Of a DNA stretch of 64,000 nt, positions 40,249-50,013 are shown piece by piece. The translations under genes were made by a program, and so were the position numbers. Under the pieces are notes generated by a model. That model was not told where the DNA came from, did no database searches, and was given only the letters and a program-made list of their open reading frames with translations. Numbering within the stretch: the first letter of the stretch is position 1; every line of letters begins with the position of its first letter. This DNA comes from an uncultured Acidobacteriota bacterium. Its GTDB lineage: Bacteria > Acidobacteriota > UBA6911. Location: NCBI GenBank assembly GCA_963827655.1, contig CAWHCF010000029.1, positions 64,001 through 128,000 on the forward strand, given 5' to 3'.

Positions 40249-42012
40249 ATGATTTCCAGCCCTCTCGACGAAAAAAGGTCTGATCAGGTGGCTCTTCAAG
40301 ACAAAGACCTTCAATCCATCCAGGAAGTCCGGAATCTTGTGGCCCGTGCTCACGAGGCCCAGAAGGCGTTCGAGAAACTCACCCAGACCCAGGTCGACGA
40401 TGTCATAGGATCGGTGGGCGAGGCCGCCCTTGCGGAATCCACTCGCCTGGGCGCGCTGGCGGTGGAAGAAACCGGTTATGGAATCGCCAGCGACAAGCAC
40501 CTCAAGAATTACTTCGTCGCGAAGCATGTCACCGATTACATTCGCCCCCTTCGTACCATGGGCATCATCTCAGAAGATCCTGTTCGCAAGATCACTGAGA
40601 TTGCCGTGCCGATGGGAGTTGTCGCCGCGATTATTCCGTCCACGAATCCGACCTCGACCGCGATCTTCAAATGCCTGATCTCTCTCAAAGCCGGCAACGC
40701 CGTGGTTTTGTCTCCTCATCCCGCAGCGACGCGCTGCATCGGAGAATCTGCCCGAGTTTGCTACGAGGCGGCGCTTAAGGCGGGCGCTCCCGAGGGGATC
40801 ATAGGCTGGATGACTATTCCTACTCTGGAAGCCACCCAGGAACTAATGAAGCACAAAAACGTGGCGGTCATTCTGGCAACTGGTGGAGCCGGGCTGGTCA
40901 AGGCCGCCTACAGTTCGGGCAAGCCGGCTTATGGCGTCGGTCCCGGAAACGTACCGGCGTACGTCGACCGCAGCGCGGACATATCCAAAGCCGTCAAAGA
41001 CGTATTGACCGGTAAGACATTCGATAACGGCACACTCTGTTCGTCTGAACAATCGATCGTCGTGGACGCTCCCGTGGAGGCGCGGGTAGCGGAAGAATTA
41101 ATTCGCATGCGCGGCTACTTTCTCAATCAGGAGGAGATCCGGAAACTCGAGGCGGTGGCAATTCAGCCAAACGGATCTCTCAATCCTCAAGTCGTGGGCA
41201 AATCGCCCGCGTGGATCGCTGACAAGGCCGGAATCAAAATACCTGAAGGTACGCGCGTCCTGATTGTCCGTCTGAGCGGAGTGGGGCGCGGCAACCCGCT
41301 CTCCTGCGAGAAACTGTCTCCCATCCTCAGCTACTACGTGGTTCAAGACTGGCGCGAAGGATGTGAACGCTGCAAGCAGATTCTGGCGTACGGCGGCATG
41401 GGACACACCCTGGCAATTCACAGCAAGGATTCGGCGGTTATCCGCCAGTTCGGACTTGAGAAGCCAGCTTTCCGAATTTGCGTGAATACTCCGGCAACTC
41501 ACGGCTCGATCGGGTTCTCCACGTCGCTTCCGCCGTCGATGACCTTGGGCTGTGGGACCTACGGCAATAACATTACCACCGACAACATAACTCCCATGCA
41601 TCTGATCCAGGTGAAACGCATGGCCTGGGAGACGACTGAAGTGTTTCCATCCTGGTGGACCGAACCCGAACGGAAGGAGACCCGAACACCCGAGAGGGTT
41701 CCCACTAAACCCATTGCGACTTCCGTCCCGGAACTGATCGAGGCTTATCTTGCGTCGTGGAAGGCCAGGCAACCTTCAAAGAATCACGCCCGGGCGAGTG
41801 AGTCGCGACCGTCCGATAGCGATCCGGGCCCCGCGACGCCTCGTGGAAGCCCGGCCCGGGACGATAAACCGCAAGCGCTTGATTTTGTCTGTGAGCAAGA
41901 CGTCCGCATTGCCGCGCAGCTTCGGCAGAAGATTTACGTCCATTCGAAGACCATCATCACCCCGGCGGCGCAGGAGCTGGGGACGAGCCACAGAATCTTC
42001 ATCACGATCTGA
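40249..42012 (+). CDS. CoA-acylating aldehyde dehydrogenase with C-terminal extension (BMC-associated)
   Basis: PSTNPTST, ILATGG, GVGPGN, FDNGTLCSSEQ catalytic Cys, EKLSP, TLGCG. Confidence 0.93.
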   Translation: MISSPLDEKRSDQVALQDKDLQSIQEVRNLVARAHEAQKAFEKLTQTQVDDVIGSVGEAALAESTRLGALAVEETGYGIASDKHLKNYFVAKHVTDYIRPLRTMGIISEDPVRKITEIAVPMGVVAAIIPSTNPTSTAIFKCLISLKAGNAVVLSPHPAATRCIGESARVCYEAALKAGAPEGIIGWMTIPTLEATQELMKHKNVAVILATGGAGLVKAAYSSGKPAYGVGPGNVPAYVDRSADISKAVKDVLTGKTFDNGTLCSSEQSIVVDAPVEARVAEELIRMRGYFLNQEEIRKLEAVAIQPNGSLNPQVVGKSPAWIADKAGIKIPEGTRVLIVRLSGVGRGNPLSCEKLSPILSYYVVQDWREGCERCKQILAYGGMGHTLAIHSKDSAVIRQFGLEKPAFRICVNTPATHGSIGFSTSLPPSMTLGCGTYGNNITTDNITPMHLIQVKRMAWETTEVFPSWWTEPERKETRTPERVPTKPIATSVPELIEAYLASWKARQPSKNHARASESRPSDSDPGPATPRGSPARDDKPQALDFVCEQDVRIAAQLRQKIYVHSKTIITPAAQELGTSHRIFITI

Positions 42013-42134
42013 CAGGGCAAGGGCTGCCGCAACGCGGGGCGCGTGATAGCCGAGGATTCAGACCTGTCATGGTCTTCTCCAGCCATGTCTGCTACCCTTG
42101 AGACGGATTTTCAATCGGGGTGGTATCAGCCGGG

Positions 42135-42785
42135 ATGTCCTTCATGCTCATTTCTCTGCCGGATTGGCTCGTAAGGGTCGCCTCGGCTATTCGTGATTTT
42201 GCGTTCAATCTTCAGGGCCCGGGTCTGTTTCTTGTTGCCCTGGCGGATTCCTCTTTCTTGACTATTCCCGAAGGGAATGACCTCTTGATCGTCGTTCTTT
42301 CCACGGGGAATTCGTGGGAGCGGATGGCTTATTATGTCGGCATGACCACGCTGGGTTCGCTCGCCGGTTGTCTTTTACTTTATCTGGTTGGTAGACGGGG
42401 AGGAAGCCCGCTCTTGAGACGACGATTCTCTCAAGCGTACATCGCGAAGGTGGACCGATTGTTCGACCGTTATGGCGTATGGGCGATAGCCGTTCCTTGT
42501 CTTCTGCCTCCCCCCATGCCCTTCAAGATCTTCGTCCTGAGCGCCGGCGTCTTCCGTCTGAGCGTGCCCAGGTTTCTGACGGCCGTCGCGATCGGGAGGA
42601 CGGTCCGCTATTCGATGTGGGGAATCCTGGCGGTCCTGTACGGGAATTCAGTCAAGGTTTTCATGCAGCAACACCTGACGACAATCGGAATGATACTCTT
42701 CGGGTTATTCCTTCTCTGTTGTGGCGCGGGCCTGGCGTTCGTGATCTACCGGGGCCGTAGGCGGAAGACCCGCGTGGAGGCGTAG
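42135..42785 (+). CDS. DedA/YqaA (VTT-domain) membrane protein
   Basis: DSSFLTIPEGNDLL, LPPPMPFKIFVLSAG, GRTVRY. Confidence 0.88.
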   Translation: MSFMLISLPDWLVRVASAIRDFAFNLQGPGLFLVALADSSFLTIPEGNDLLIVVLSTGNSWERMAYYVGMTTLGSLAGCLLLYLVGRRGGSPLLRRRFSQAYIAKVDRLFDRYGVWAIAVPCLLPPPMPFKIFVLSAGVFRLSVPRFLTAVAIGRTVRYSMWGILAVLYGNSVKVFMQQHLTTIGMILFGLFLLCCGAGLAFVIYRGRRRKTRVEA

Positions 42786-42898
42786 ATCGGCAAAATTTAC
42801 CGTCAAACGCCAGATTCCATTCCTACCCAAGGTTTGTATTCCTTGAGAGGATCGCGTCGAAATGCAGTCTAATTAGTACTTTCCGAAACAAATTTGAA

Positions 42899-42914
42899 TG
42901 GAACAAAATTTGCT
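42899..42914 (+). promoter_or_regulatory. Candidate sigma54 -24/-12 promoter
   Basis: TGGAAC-AAAAT-TTGCT versus TGGCAC-N5-TTGCW, in an AT-rich intergenic region. Confidence 0.5.
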
Positions 42915-42994
42915 GGTATTTGTAGTAAGCAACGGCCCACCGCGCATGGACGCAAGCCGATGCGACGAGCGGTTGCGAACAACCGTAACTCGAT

Positions 42995-43024
42995 TTGACA
43001 CAGAGAGAAACGGTCTGTTAAATT
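42995..43024 (+). promoter_or_regulatory. sigma70 promoter of the lipoprotein/ABC cluster
   Basis: TTGACA-18 bp-TAAATT with TG extension. Confidence 0.55.
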
Positions 43025-43052
43025 GCCGAATTCATTCTCGGGCCGGCAGGTC

Positions 43053-44000
43053 ATGAAATGCCCAAGCCTCAATGTTGGCCGTTGGATCAGCGGGGCAGCC
43101 CTTATTCTTCTGATCGTTAGCGTAGGCGCGGCTTGTTCCGTGAAGCGAACCGTAAAGGTTTCGGTACCTGCAAGGATTCTTCAGGCCAAGACGGCAACGT
43201 TTGATGAACTTCTGGCGCTGCTGAAGACTTACAGCGACAAACTTTCCGCGCTCTCGTCCACTACCCTGAGAGTCAGTTTCACTTCCGGAAAGGTAGAAAG
43301 CGGCAAGCTTCAGGAGTACCGGAGCGCCCCTGGTTATGTTCTTCTCAAACGTCCTGACTCGCTGCGGTTGAATATACAGAACCCATTGACGAAAACCAGC
43401 ATAATTGAGCTGGCGTCAACCGGAGACGAATTTGGGCTTTGGTATCCGAGAGATAACAAGTACTTCGTCGGGCGCAACAGCGCCGGCGAGTTCGTTGTCG
43501 AAGGTTCCGAGAACAGCCCGGTTTTTGCGGCTCGACCAGCTCACATCTATGAAGCGATTGTCCCGCAGAGGATCGCGCTGGATGATGCACGCGTCCGGAT
43601 TTCTTTGGAAGAAGACCAGGACGCGACCGCAAAATACTATGTCTTGTCGATCCTTCAGGATGTCGGTCAAAAGCGGCTGCGGCCGCTACGGCGTCTCTGG
43701 ATTGAAAGATCAGAGTTAGTCGTAGTCAAACAGCAGACTTTTGAAGAAGATGGGAACATTGCCAGTCTCATTCAGTATTCGAATTTCACACCGGTCGAGG
43801 GGCTTCTGTTGCCGCTTTCGATTCACATTGACAGGCCCTCGGACGGGTACGTTCTGGACATGCAGTTCAAGTCTTGGCGTGTGAATCCGGAAATACCGGC
43901 GGCGGCTTTCGTCCTCTCGCCCCCGGCAGGGGCGCAACGGGTTGTGCTCAAGGAAAAGCCGCAAGTTCCGGCCGCAAAGGCAAGAGCGAGAACCCAATGA
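43053..44000 (+). CDS. Lipoprotein, probable LolA/LolB-like fold (DUF4292-like)
   Basis: Lipobox GAAC; beta-rich; LKRPDSLRL, RRLWIER, LPLSIHIDRP. Confidence 0.7.
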   Translation: MKCPSLNVGRWISGAALILLIVSVGAACSVKRTVKVSVPARILQAKTATFDELLALLKTYSDKLSALSSTTLRVSFTSGKVESGKLQEYRSAPGYVLLKRPDSLRLNIQNPLTKTSIIELASTGDEFGLWYPRDNKYFVGRNSAGEFVVEGSENSPVFAARPAHIYEAIVPQRIALDDARVRISLEEDQDATAKYYVLSILQDVGQKRLRPLRRLWIERSELVVVKQQTFEEDGNIASLIQYSNFTPVEGLLLPLSIHIDRPSDGYVLDMQFKSWRVNPEIPAAAFVLSPPAGAQRVVLKEKPQVPAAKARARTQ

Positions 44001-44072
44001 TGTCTTCGCGCCGCTTTGCCAATTGCCTCAGGCGGCAGCGAACACAGCAGCCTTAGTAGTCAGGATTCATCC

Positions 44073-45167
44073 ATGGAAAGTCTTGTTACAGCGAACATCC
44101 GGTCCCGTCCCACCCGAACTTTCATAAGTGTTCTGGCGGTGGCTCTGGGTGTCATCCTGGTCCTCATAATCGGTGGAATCACCGCCGGCACGCTGGATGA
44201 TTACCTCAAGCGAACCCAGGGGGTCGGGGCAGATTTCATCTTGCAGCCCACCGGTTCGTCGATCTTCTATGCTTTCAGTGGCGCGACACTCTCAGCCGGG
44301 CTGGCCGAGAAGTTGATGGAGGTGCCGGGCGTTTACGCGGTCACGCCGGTCCTGGCTAAATTCAGTCAGACGGATTTTGGACTCGTTTTCGGTATCGACC
44401 TGGCCAGCTACAACAGGTTTCCTGGCAGACTGAAGATCATTGAGGGAAGGGAATCCCTTCAAGACTCTGAGGTCATCATCGACGAGCTCTATGCAAAGTC
44501 TCACAAGCTCAAGACTGGGATGACGCTCACGATCTTGAATCACCCCTTCACCGTGACCGCGATTTGTCGCCCGGGAGCGGTGGTCAGGGTCTTCGTCCCG
44601 ATAGAGACGCTGCAGGAGATGAACGGAACTCCTGATAAAGCGACACTGATGTTTATCAAGGCCGCCGGGGATGAGAATCCAAAAGTTGTGTTCGAACGGC
44701 TCAAGCAGACATTTCCCTCGCTTTCGATCACGCAGACCTCCGACACTTCGCTTCTGCTCGCGGACACGGCGCTTCCGGGGTTTAAAGAATTCAAGCTTAT
44801 CGTTGTGAGCGTGTCCATGCTGCTCAGTTTCATGGTCATCCTCCTGGCCATGTATACGACGATCTTTGAAAGGACACGGGAGATCGGAATCTTGAGATCC
44901 CTGGGGGCGTCGCGCGCTCTTATCGTTTCTCTGATCCTGAAAGAGTCTGCTATGATATGTTGTTTTGGCGTCATCTTCGGAATTGGGGTTAGCGCTCTCG
45001 TTCGTGACGCTATCATGTCGGCGTTCCCGACCCTACAGGTTGCAATGGGCTGGAAGGATGTGATGAATGCCGCTTTCCTGGGACTCGCTGCCGGGACGCT
45101 TGGTGCTCTTTATCCGGCCTACAGGGCCGCGCGTCAGGACCCAGTAAAGGCGCTGAGTTATGAGTAA
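44073..45167 (+). CDS. MacB/FtsX/LolC-like ABC permease
   Basis: [48 protein letters not shown]. Confidence 0.92.
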   Translation: MESLVTANIRSRPTRTFISVLAVALGVILVLIIGGITAGTLDDYLKRTQGVGADFILQPTGSSIFYAFSGATLSAGLAEKLMEVPGVYAVTPVLAKFSQTDFGLVFGIDLASYNRFPGRLKIIEGRESLQDSEVIIDELYAKSHKLKTGMTLTILNHPFTVTAICRPGAVVRVFVPIETLQEMNGTPDKATLMFIKAAGDENPKVVFERLKQTFPSLSITQTSDTSLLLADTALPGFKEFKLIVVSVSMLLSFMVILLAMYTTIFERTREIGILRSLGASRALIVSLILKESAMICCFGVIFGIGVSALVRDAIMSAFPTLQVAMGWKDVMNAAFLGLAAGTLGALYPAYRAARQDPVKALSYE

Positions 45168-45900
45168 AGATCTGGATTCTAAAACCCGGCCGATTATCGA
45201 GATCATCGACCTGACCGTAGTCTACAAGATCGGCAAGATGGAGGTCCCCGCTTTACGAGGCGTGAATCTGGCCGTCAATAAGGGGGAGTTCATCGCTATC
45301 ATGGGGCCGTCCGGCTGCGGCAAATCCACGCTGCTTCATGCCCTGGGCGGTCTCCTTCAGCCGACTCGAGGGAAGATTCTGCTCGATGGCGCCGACATCG
45401 CACGTCTCTCGGATGGCGAGCGCACCTCCATGCGCCGCAGAAACATCGGCTACGTTTTTCAACGCTTCAACCTGCTTCCTACTCTTACGGCGAAAGGTAA
45501 TATCGAACTGGCCAAACGAATTCACGGAAACGGCTACATGAATCCAAACGGAGCCGCCGAGATTCTGGACATGCTGGGTCTAAAAGACAAACTCAACTTT
45601 CGACCCACTGAACTGTCGGGGGGCGAACAGCAGCGCGTCGCGCTTGCGCGCGCAGTGATCAATCACCCGGCGATCATTCTGGCGGACGAGCCCACGGGCA
45701 GCCTCGATTCGCAGAATTCGCGCCTGGTTCTGACCATGCTTCAGGAGCTCAATGAACGCTTGAGCCAGACGATCATCATGATTACGCATGACCATGAAGC
45801 GGCGTCGACGGCCAAACGCATCGTAGAGATGCGCGACGGCCAGATTCTCGGTCCGGTCCATCACTTTTCGTACGAACCTGAGTTTGAAGGGCTTTTCTAG
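45160..45900 (+). CDS. LolD/MacB-like ABC ATPase
   Basis: [30 protein letters not shown]. Confidence 0.95.
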   Translation: MSKDLDSKTRPIIEIIDLTVVYKIGKMEVPALRGVNLAVNKGEFIAIMGPSGCGKSTLLHALGGLLQPTRGKILLDGADIARLSDGERTSMRRRNIGYVFQRFNLLPTLTAKGNIELAKRIHGNGYMNPNGAAEILDMLGLKDKLNFRPTELSGGEQQRVALARAVINHPAIILADEPTGSLDSQNSRLVLTMLQELNERLSQTIIMITHDHEAASTAKRIVEMRDGQILGPVHHFSYEPEFEGLF

Positions 45901-45914
45901 CCGGCGATCCTCTG

Positions 45915-46136
45915 ATGAGAAAAACTGGAGATCGGGTCAACAAGATCCTAGTCTGGTCTTATGAACGAGGGACGCTGCAATACGACATTCTTTGTGCGTT
46001 GATTCTTCTCTTCATATTCGCGGTTCCGCGCAGCTGCTTTCGCTCGAAGCATTCTCTTCAGCAACAATCCCAGGCGCCGACGGAACGAGCTACCGCTGTG
46101 TCTCCTCAGCCCGAAGCTCCCAATCTGCGAAAGTAG
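45915..46136 (+). CDS. Small single-TM protein
   Basis: WSYERGTLQYDILCALILLFIFAVPR; lies between co-oriented genes. Confidence 0.75.
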   Translation: MRKTGDRVNKILVWSYERGTLQYDILCALILLFIFAVPRSCFRSKHSLQQQSQAPTERATAVSPQPEAPNLRK

Positions 46137-46171
46137 TGAAACCAGCAGCCCGGGACTTCATCTTTGCCCTT

Positions 46172-46918
46172 ATGTTAGCTGGAAAAAAACTACACGTGAT
46201 TCTGTATCTGGGCTTCCTTCTTGGTGGTTTGCCTTCACAGGGAGCGCAGGCTCCGCGTCCCGGTACGACGAAGGATGCCTCTACCCCGCAAAAGAAAGAT
46301 GAAGGCCTCGAACCGGTCCTCAAGCAGCTCGAAGCCACGGGGAAGACGTTTCAGAGTTTTTCGGCCAACTTCGTCCAGAAGAAATATACCGCCGTCCTGA
46401 AGGAATTTGACACTCCGGAATCGGGCATTTTCCTTTACGCTCGAGCCAAGGATGGTTCCGCGCTCTTGAGGCAGGAAGTTACTTCTCCAGCCGCAAGGAT
46501 TCTGACTATCAAGGGGGGAGTGGCGACCATATATCAGCCAAAGCTCAAGCAGGCGCAGGTGATTAATCTGGGCAAGAACAAAGACAAGGTGGAATACCTG
46601 GCTCTAGGGCTGGGCCAGTCTCCCGCGAAATTGCAGGAGACGTTTGATTTGAAATATGTGGGCATCGAGAACGTCAATGGAATTCCGTGCTCGGTTTTGA
46701 ACTTGAAACCCAAGAGCGCATCCGCAGGAGCATTCTTTTCCTCTATTTCGCTATGGATCAAGAAATCCAATGGCGTGCCGATTCAGCAGCAGCTCCAGGA
46801 GCCGAATGGCGACTACTTGTTGGTGGTTTTCTCGGACGAGAAGCTCAATCCCAAGATTCCTGAGAACAGATTCGAGCAGAAGCTGCCGGCCGATACGGAA
46901 AAACAGGTAGTGCGATAA
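46172..46918 (+). CDS. LolA-like lipoprotein carrier protein
   Basis: Signal peptide; SFSANFVQKK, ATIYQPKLKQA, LNLKPK, ISLWIK. Confidence 0.8.
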   Translation: MLAGKKLHVILYLGFLLGGLPSQGAQAPRPGTTKDASTPQKKDEGLEPVLKQLEATGKTFQSFSANFVQKKYTAVLKEFDTPESGIFLYARAKDGSALLRQEVTSPAARILTIKGGVATIYQPKLKQAQVINLGKNKDKVEYLALGLGQSPAKLQETFDLKYVGIENVNGIPCSVLNLKPKSASAGAFFSSISLWIKKSNGVPIQQQLQEPNGDYLLVVFSDEKLNPKIPENRFEQKLPADTEKQVVR

Positions 46919-46963
46919 CCCACCTTTTTCGGCCGCGAAGACGCGGACTCGCAAAACAGAGGG

Positions 46964-47653
46964 CTAACGCGACAACGGAGCTCGGGAGGAAGCGTCGAGC
47001 GCGGTGCCTAGCGTTTTCTGACGCCGGTAAGGCGGGGTGGCCTCCGGTTCTATTTCGGGATCCTGCATGCGTGAGCGGGCCGGGAGTTCCTTCCAGGTGT
47101 AGTAAATCCTGTTAATTACGGTCCAGTTGCCGAGGACGGCCAAAACCCAGAGCACCGCTTCCATGCGGTTGGTCAGGCCGCCGATGACGAGCAGTACGAT
47201 CCGCTCGGGACGCTCCATGAATCCTACTTTGCAGGTCGGGATCAGCGACTCGGCGCGCGCGCGGGCGTAGCTGGTCATTACGGCTCCCATGAACACCACT
47301 CCGACCAGCACAACGTATTCGAGCCGGTCTTGACGGGCATACCAGACCATCAGTCCCTGCAAGACGATGATGTCCGAGTAGCGATCGATGACCGAGTCGT
47401 AAAAGGCGCCAAAACGGGTTTCGGACCTGCTTACGCGCGCGACCTCGCCATCGAGCATGTCGAAGAGACCCGCCAGAACCAGAATAAGCGCGCCCTGAAA
47501 AAGTCTCCCATGGCCGAAGTTCCAGGCGGCCCACAGGCTGATTATGACGCCGGTGAAGGTCAGGATGTTGGGGTTGATATGGAAGAACGTAAGAACCCTA
47601 ACGAGTTGATTAAGAATCAGTTTGCCGCCCCGGCCGATGGAATTACTAATCAT
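46964..47653 (-). CDS. CDP-alcohol phosphatidyltransferase
   Basis: PNILT; DMLDGEVAR...GAFYDSVIDRYSD signature; SYARARAE. Confidence 0.95.
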   Translation of the reverse strand: MISNSIGRGGKLILNQLVRVLTFFHINPNILTFTGVIISLWAAWNFGHGRLFQGALILVLAGLFDMLDGEVARVSRSETRFGAFYDSVIDRYSDIIVLQGLMVWYARQDRLEYVVLVGVVFMGAVMTSYARARAESLIPTCKVGFMERPERIVLLVIGGLTNRMEAVLWVLAVLGNWTVINRIYYTWKELPARSRMQDPEIEPEATPPYRRQKTLGTALDASSRAPLSR

Positions 47654-47659
47654 TTTCGT

Positions 47660-47688
47660 AGGCTAGACACATTGGGAATTCTTGTCAA
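47660..47688 (-). promoter_or_regulatory. sigma70 promoter positioned for a leaderless transcript
   Basis: TTGACA-17 bp-TAGCCT-6 nt-ATG; no SD. Confidence 0.6.
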
Positions 47689-47725
47689 GCGTCAAAAACC
47701 AGAGTTTCCTCCCCGGTTCGAGAGT

Positions 47726-48949
47726 TCAGAATATCCGGAAACGAATCGTCAGGTATTTCTTCGGGTCCTGTCTCAAATCATAGATTAGTTTGGTGATCTC
47801 CGCCGTGGTCTGATTCAGATTGTTGTAGAGGGCGGGATCGTTAATCAGCTTTCCCATGGTGCCGTCGGCCCGGTCGATCCGATCGACAAAAGAGGCAAGC
47901 TTCTCCATGGTCTGCCGGCTGGCGTCGTAGAGGGCAGGGTCTTTGGAGAGTTTGCCCAGCGTCCCCTCGCCTCTTTCAACCCGTTCCACAACAAGATCAG
48001 TCCGCCTGGTCGCCGAGGCAGCACTATCGTAAAGGTCCGGATTCTTTATCAACCGCGATAGTGTTCCAGAGCCATCCTGGATCTGACCTGCCAGTGAATT
48101 GAACTTTTCGAGTGATTCCGTCAAGCGGTTATAGAGCGCGGGGTCTGCGACCATGCGGCCGAACGAGCCCTGCCCGGTCCGGAGATCTTCTACCAGCCGG
48201 GTGGCCTGGGTGAAGGTAGCGTTGGCCTGGCGCATAGTTTTCTGCACATCCTGGATGGTCGCGGCCAGCCCCGTGCCAACTTTGTCCGGATCGATCTTAA
48301 GCGCGATGTTCTTGAATTGATCGGACAGCACGCCAAAGTTGGCGATCACATCGTTCGCGCCGGTAATGATTTCGCGAAAACCGGTGGCGCGCGATCCTTC
48401 GAGAACGTAGAACCCGCCGCGCATGGGTGGAGGAGTTCCGTACGCCCCGGCCGAGATTTCGATGTAAGAGTCCCCGATGAGCCCCCTCGATTCAATCGTG
48501 ACTTCCGAGTCCTGGCCCAGCCGGTTCAAGTATGGTTTCTGGATCTCCATCGTGACCTCGACCAGGCGGAGCCCGGTCTTCAAGCTACGGATCTGTTCAT
48601 CGAGGTCGGCAACCAGCTGCTTGTAGTTCGGCTGCCCGGGATTCATGCTGTCAATCTGTTTTTTGATGTTGGAGATTTGGCGAAAGATCGGCTCGTTCCC
48701 CGAGTACATTTCCGGCTGTACGATATTGACGCTTCGTACCTTGCCTATCTCGATTCCCGCGAGCCATACAGGATTGCCCGGCTTCAGACCACCCACGTCC
48801 CCGAGATAGGTGATTGCGTTCACGGTTTCACGGAACCAGTGAACTCCCCAACTTTGCTGCAGAATCAGCGCGCCTAAGAGGACGACCGCGATAATGACGA
48901 GGATGCCGACTTTCAGTTCGGCGATCGTTACTTGTTTCTTCAGTGCCAT
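47726..48949 (-). CDS. mlaD: MCE/MlaD family protein with long helical repeat region
   Basis: ELKVG TM anchor, GLKPGNPVWLAGIEIGKV, GLIGDSYIEI; four G(T/S)xxxxxxxPxLY repeats. Confidence 0.9.
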   Translation of the reverse strand: MALKKQVTIAELKVGILVIIAVVLLGALILQQSWGVHWFRETVNAITYLGDVGGLKPGNPVWLAGIEIGKVRSVNIVQPEMYSGNEPIFRQISNIKKQIDSMNPGQPNYKQLVADLDEQIRSLKTGLRLVEVTMEIQKPYLNRLGQDSEVTIESRGLIGDSYIEISAGAYGTPPPMRGGFYVLEGSRATGFREIITGANDVIANFGVLSDQFKNIALKIDPDKVGTGLAATIQDVQKTMRQANATFTQATRLVEDLRTGQGSFGRMVADPALYNRLTESLEKFNSLAGQIQDGSGTLSRLIKNPDLYDSAASATRRTDLVVERVERGEGTLGKLSKDPALYDASRQTMEKLASFVDRIDRADGTMGKLINDPALYNNLNQTTAEITKLIYDLRQDPKKYLTIRFRIF

Positions 48950-48980
48950 GGTTTCTCCTTCAGCGCACGGAGTCCTCTAA

Positions 48981-49213
48981 GGGTTCGCGCAGAAATAAGT
49001 TCGCATTCTGCTGCAGGCCCCCAGGCCCGCTGGCGAGGCGCGAGCGACGATGCGTACCCGGTGCGGTACGTGAGGAGCGAGCAACAAAGCCAGCGGGCCT
49101 GCGGGCCGCAGCCCGAAGGGGCGCGATCCTCAGCGTGCTTAGCGAACAGAAAGCGGTTCATGATTGACCTCCGACTCTCGCGCCAGAATGTGAAGTTATT
49201 TCTGCGCGAGCCC
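48981..49213 (-). mobile_element. 233-bp MITE copy 2, between mlaF and mlaD
   Basis: Reverse complement of 24756-24988 with 4 substitutions; TAA on both flanks (TTA target duplication). Confidence 0.9.
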
Positions 49214-49221
49214 TAAGGAGG

Positions 49222-50013
49222 CTACGTGACAAATTCCTGGATATAACGATCCGGGCACGCCTTTAACTCCTCGAAGCTACCCTCGAAGTGTATCTCGCCG
49301 TCGTAAAGCATGACACATTTGACATTCAGGAGGCAGAGCTTTTCGCCGCCTCGTTGAATCTCGACCGCCCCGTCCGGCTGCATCGCGACATATTCGGATG
49401 CAATGATTCCCACGGCGCGCAGATCGTGCGTAACGCAGACCGAAGTAACTCCTTCAAGGTCTCGCAGCTTGATGATCAATTCGATGATCGTTCGACTGAT
49501 AACAGGATCCAACCCGGCGGTCGGTTCGTCATAAAGGACGATCTTCGGCGTTCCGACCAGCGCTCGAGCTATGCCGACGCGCCGCTTCATCCCCCCGGAA
49601 AGCTCCGCAGGCATCTTGTCGATTGCGTCTTCCAATCCAACAAACCCGAGCAGCCTGCGGATTGCGAACTCAATTTCTTCCTCGTTCATTGTCGATTCTT
49701 CATAGAGCCGATACCCGACATTTTCACGAACCGACAGTGAATCAAAAAGCGCGCCTTCCTGAAAAACCATTCCGATCTTGTGACGCACCTGCACGAGCTC
49801 GCGTTCCCGCATTCTGGTGATGTCCTGCCCGTCAACCAGAATCTCTCCCGAATCCGGACGTATCAAACCGAGGATGAGTCTTAGAATTGTCGATTTTCCC
49901 GAGCCGCTGGCGCCAAGAATGATCTTGGTTTCCCCGCGGGTGATGGTGAAGCTGATGTTTTTGAGGACAACGTCATCGTTGAAGGACTTTGTGACATTCT
50001 TGAACTCGATCAT
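49222..50013 (-). CDS. mlaF: MlaF-like ABC ATPase
   Basis: GASGSGKST, FQEGALFDSL, LSGGMKRRV, YDEPTAGLDP; start at the ATGA overlap with the mlaE stop. Confidence 0.93.
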   Translation of the reverse strand: MIEFKNVTKSFNDDVVLKNISFTITRGETKIILGASGSGKSTILRLILGLIRPDSGEILVDGQDITRMRERELVQVRHKIGMVFQEGALFDSLSVRENVGYRLYEESTMNEEEIEFAIRRLLGFVGLEDAIDKMPAELSGGMKRRVGIARALVGTPKIVLYDEPTAGLDPVISRTIIELIIKLRDLEGVTSVCVTHDLRAVGIIASEYVAMQPDGAVEIQRGGEKLCLLNVKCVMLYDGEIHFEGSFEELKACPDRYIQEFVT

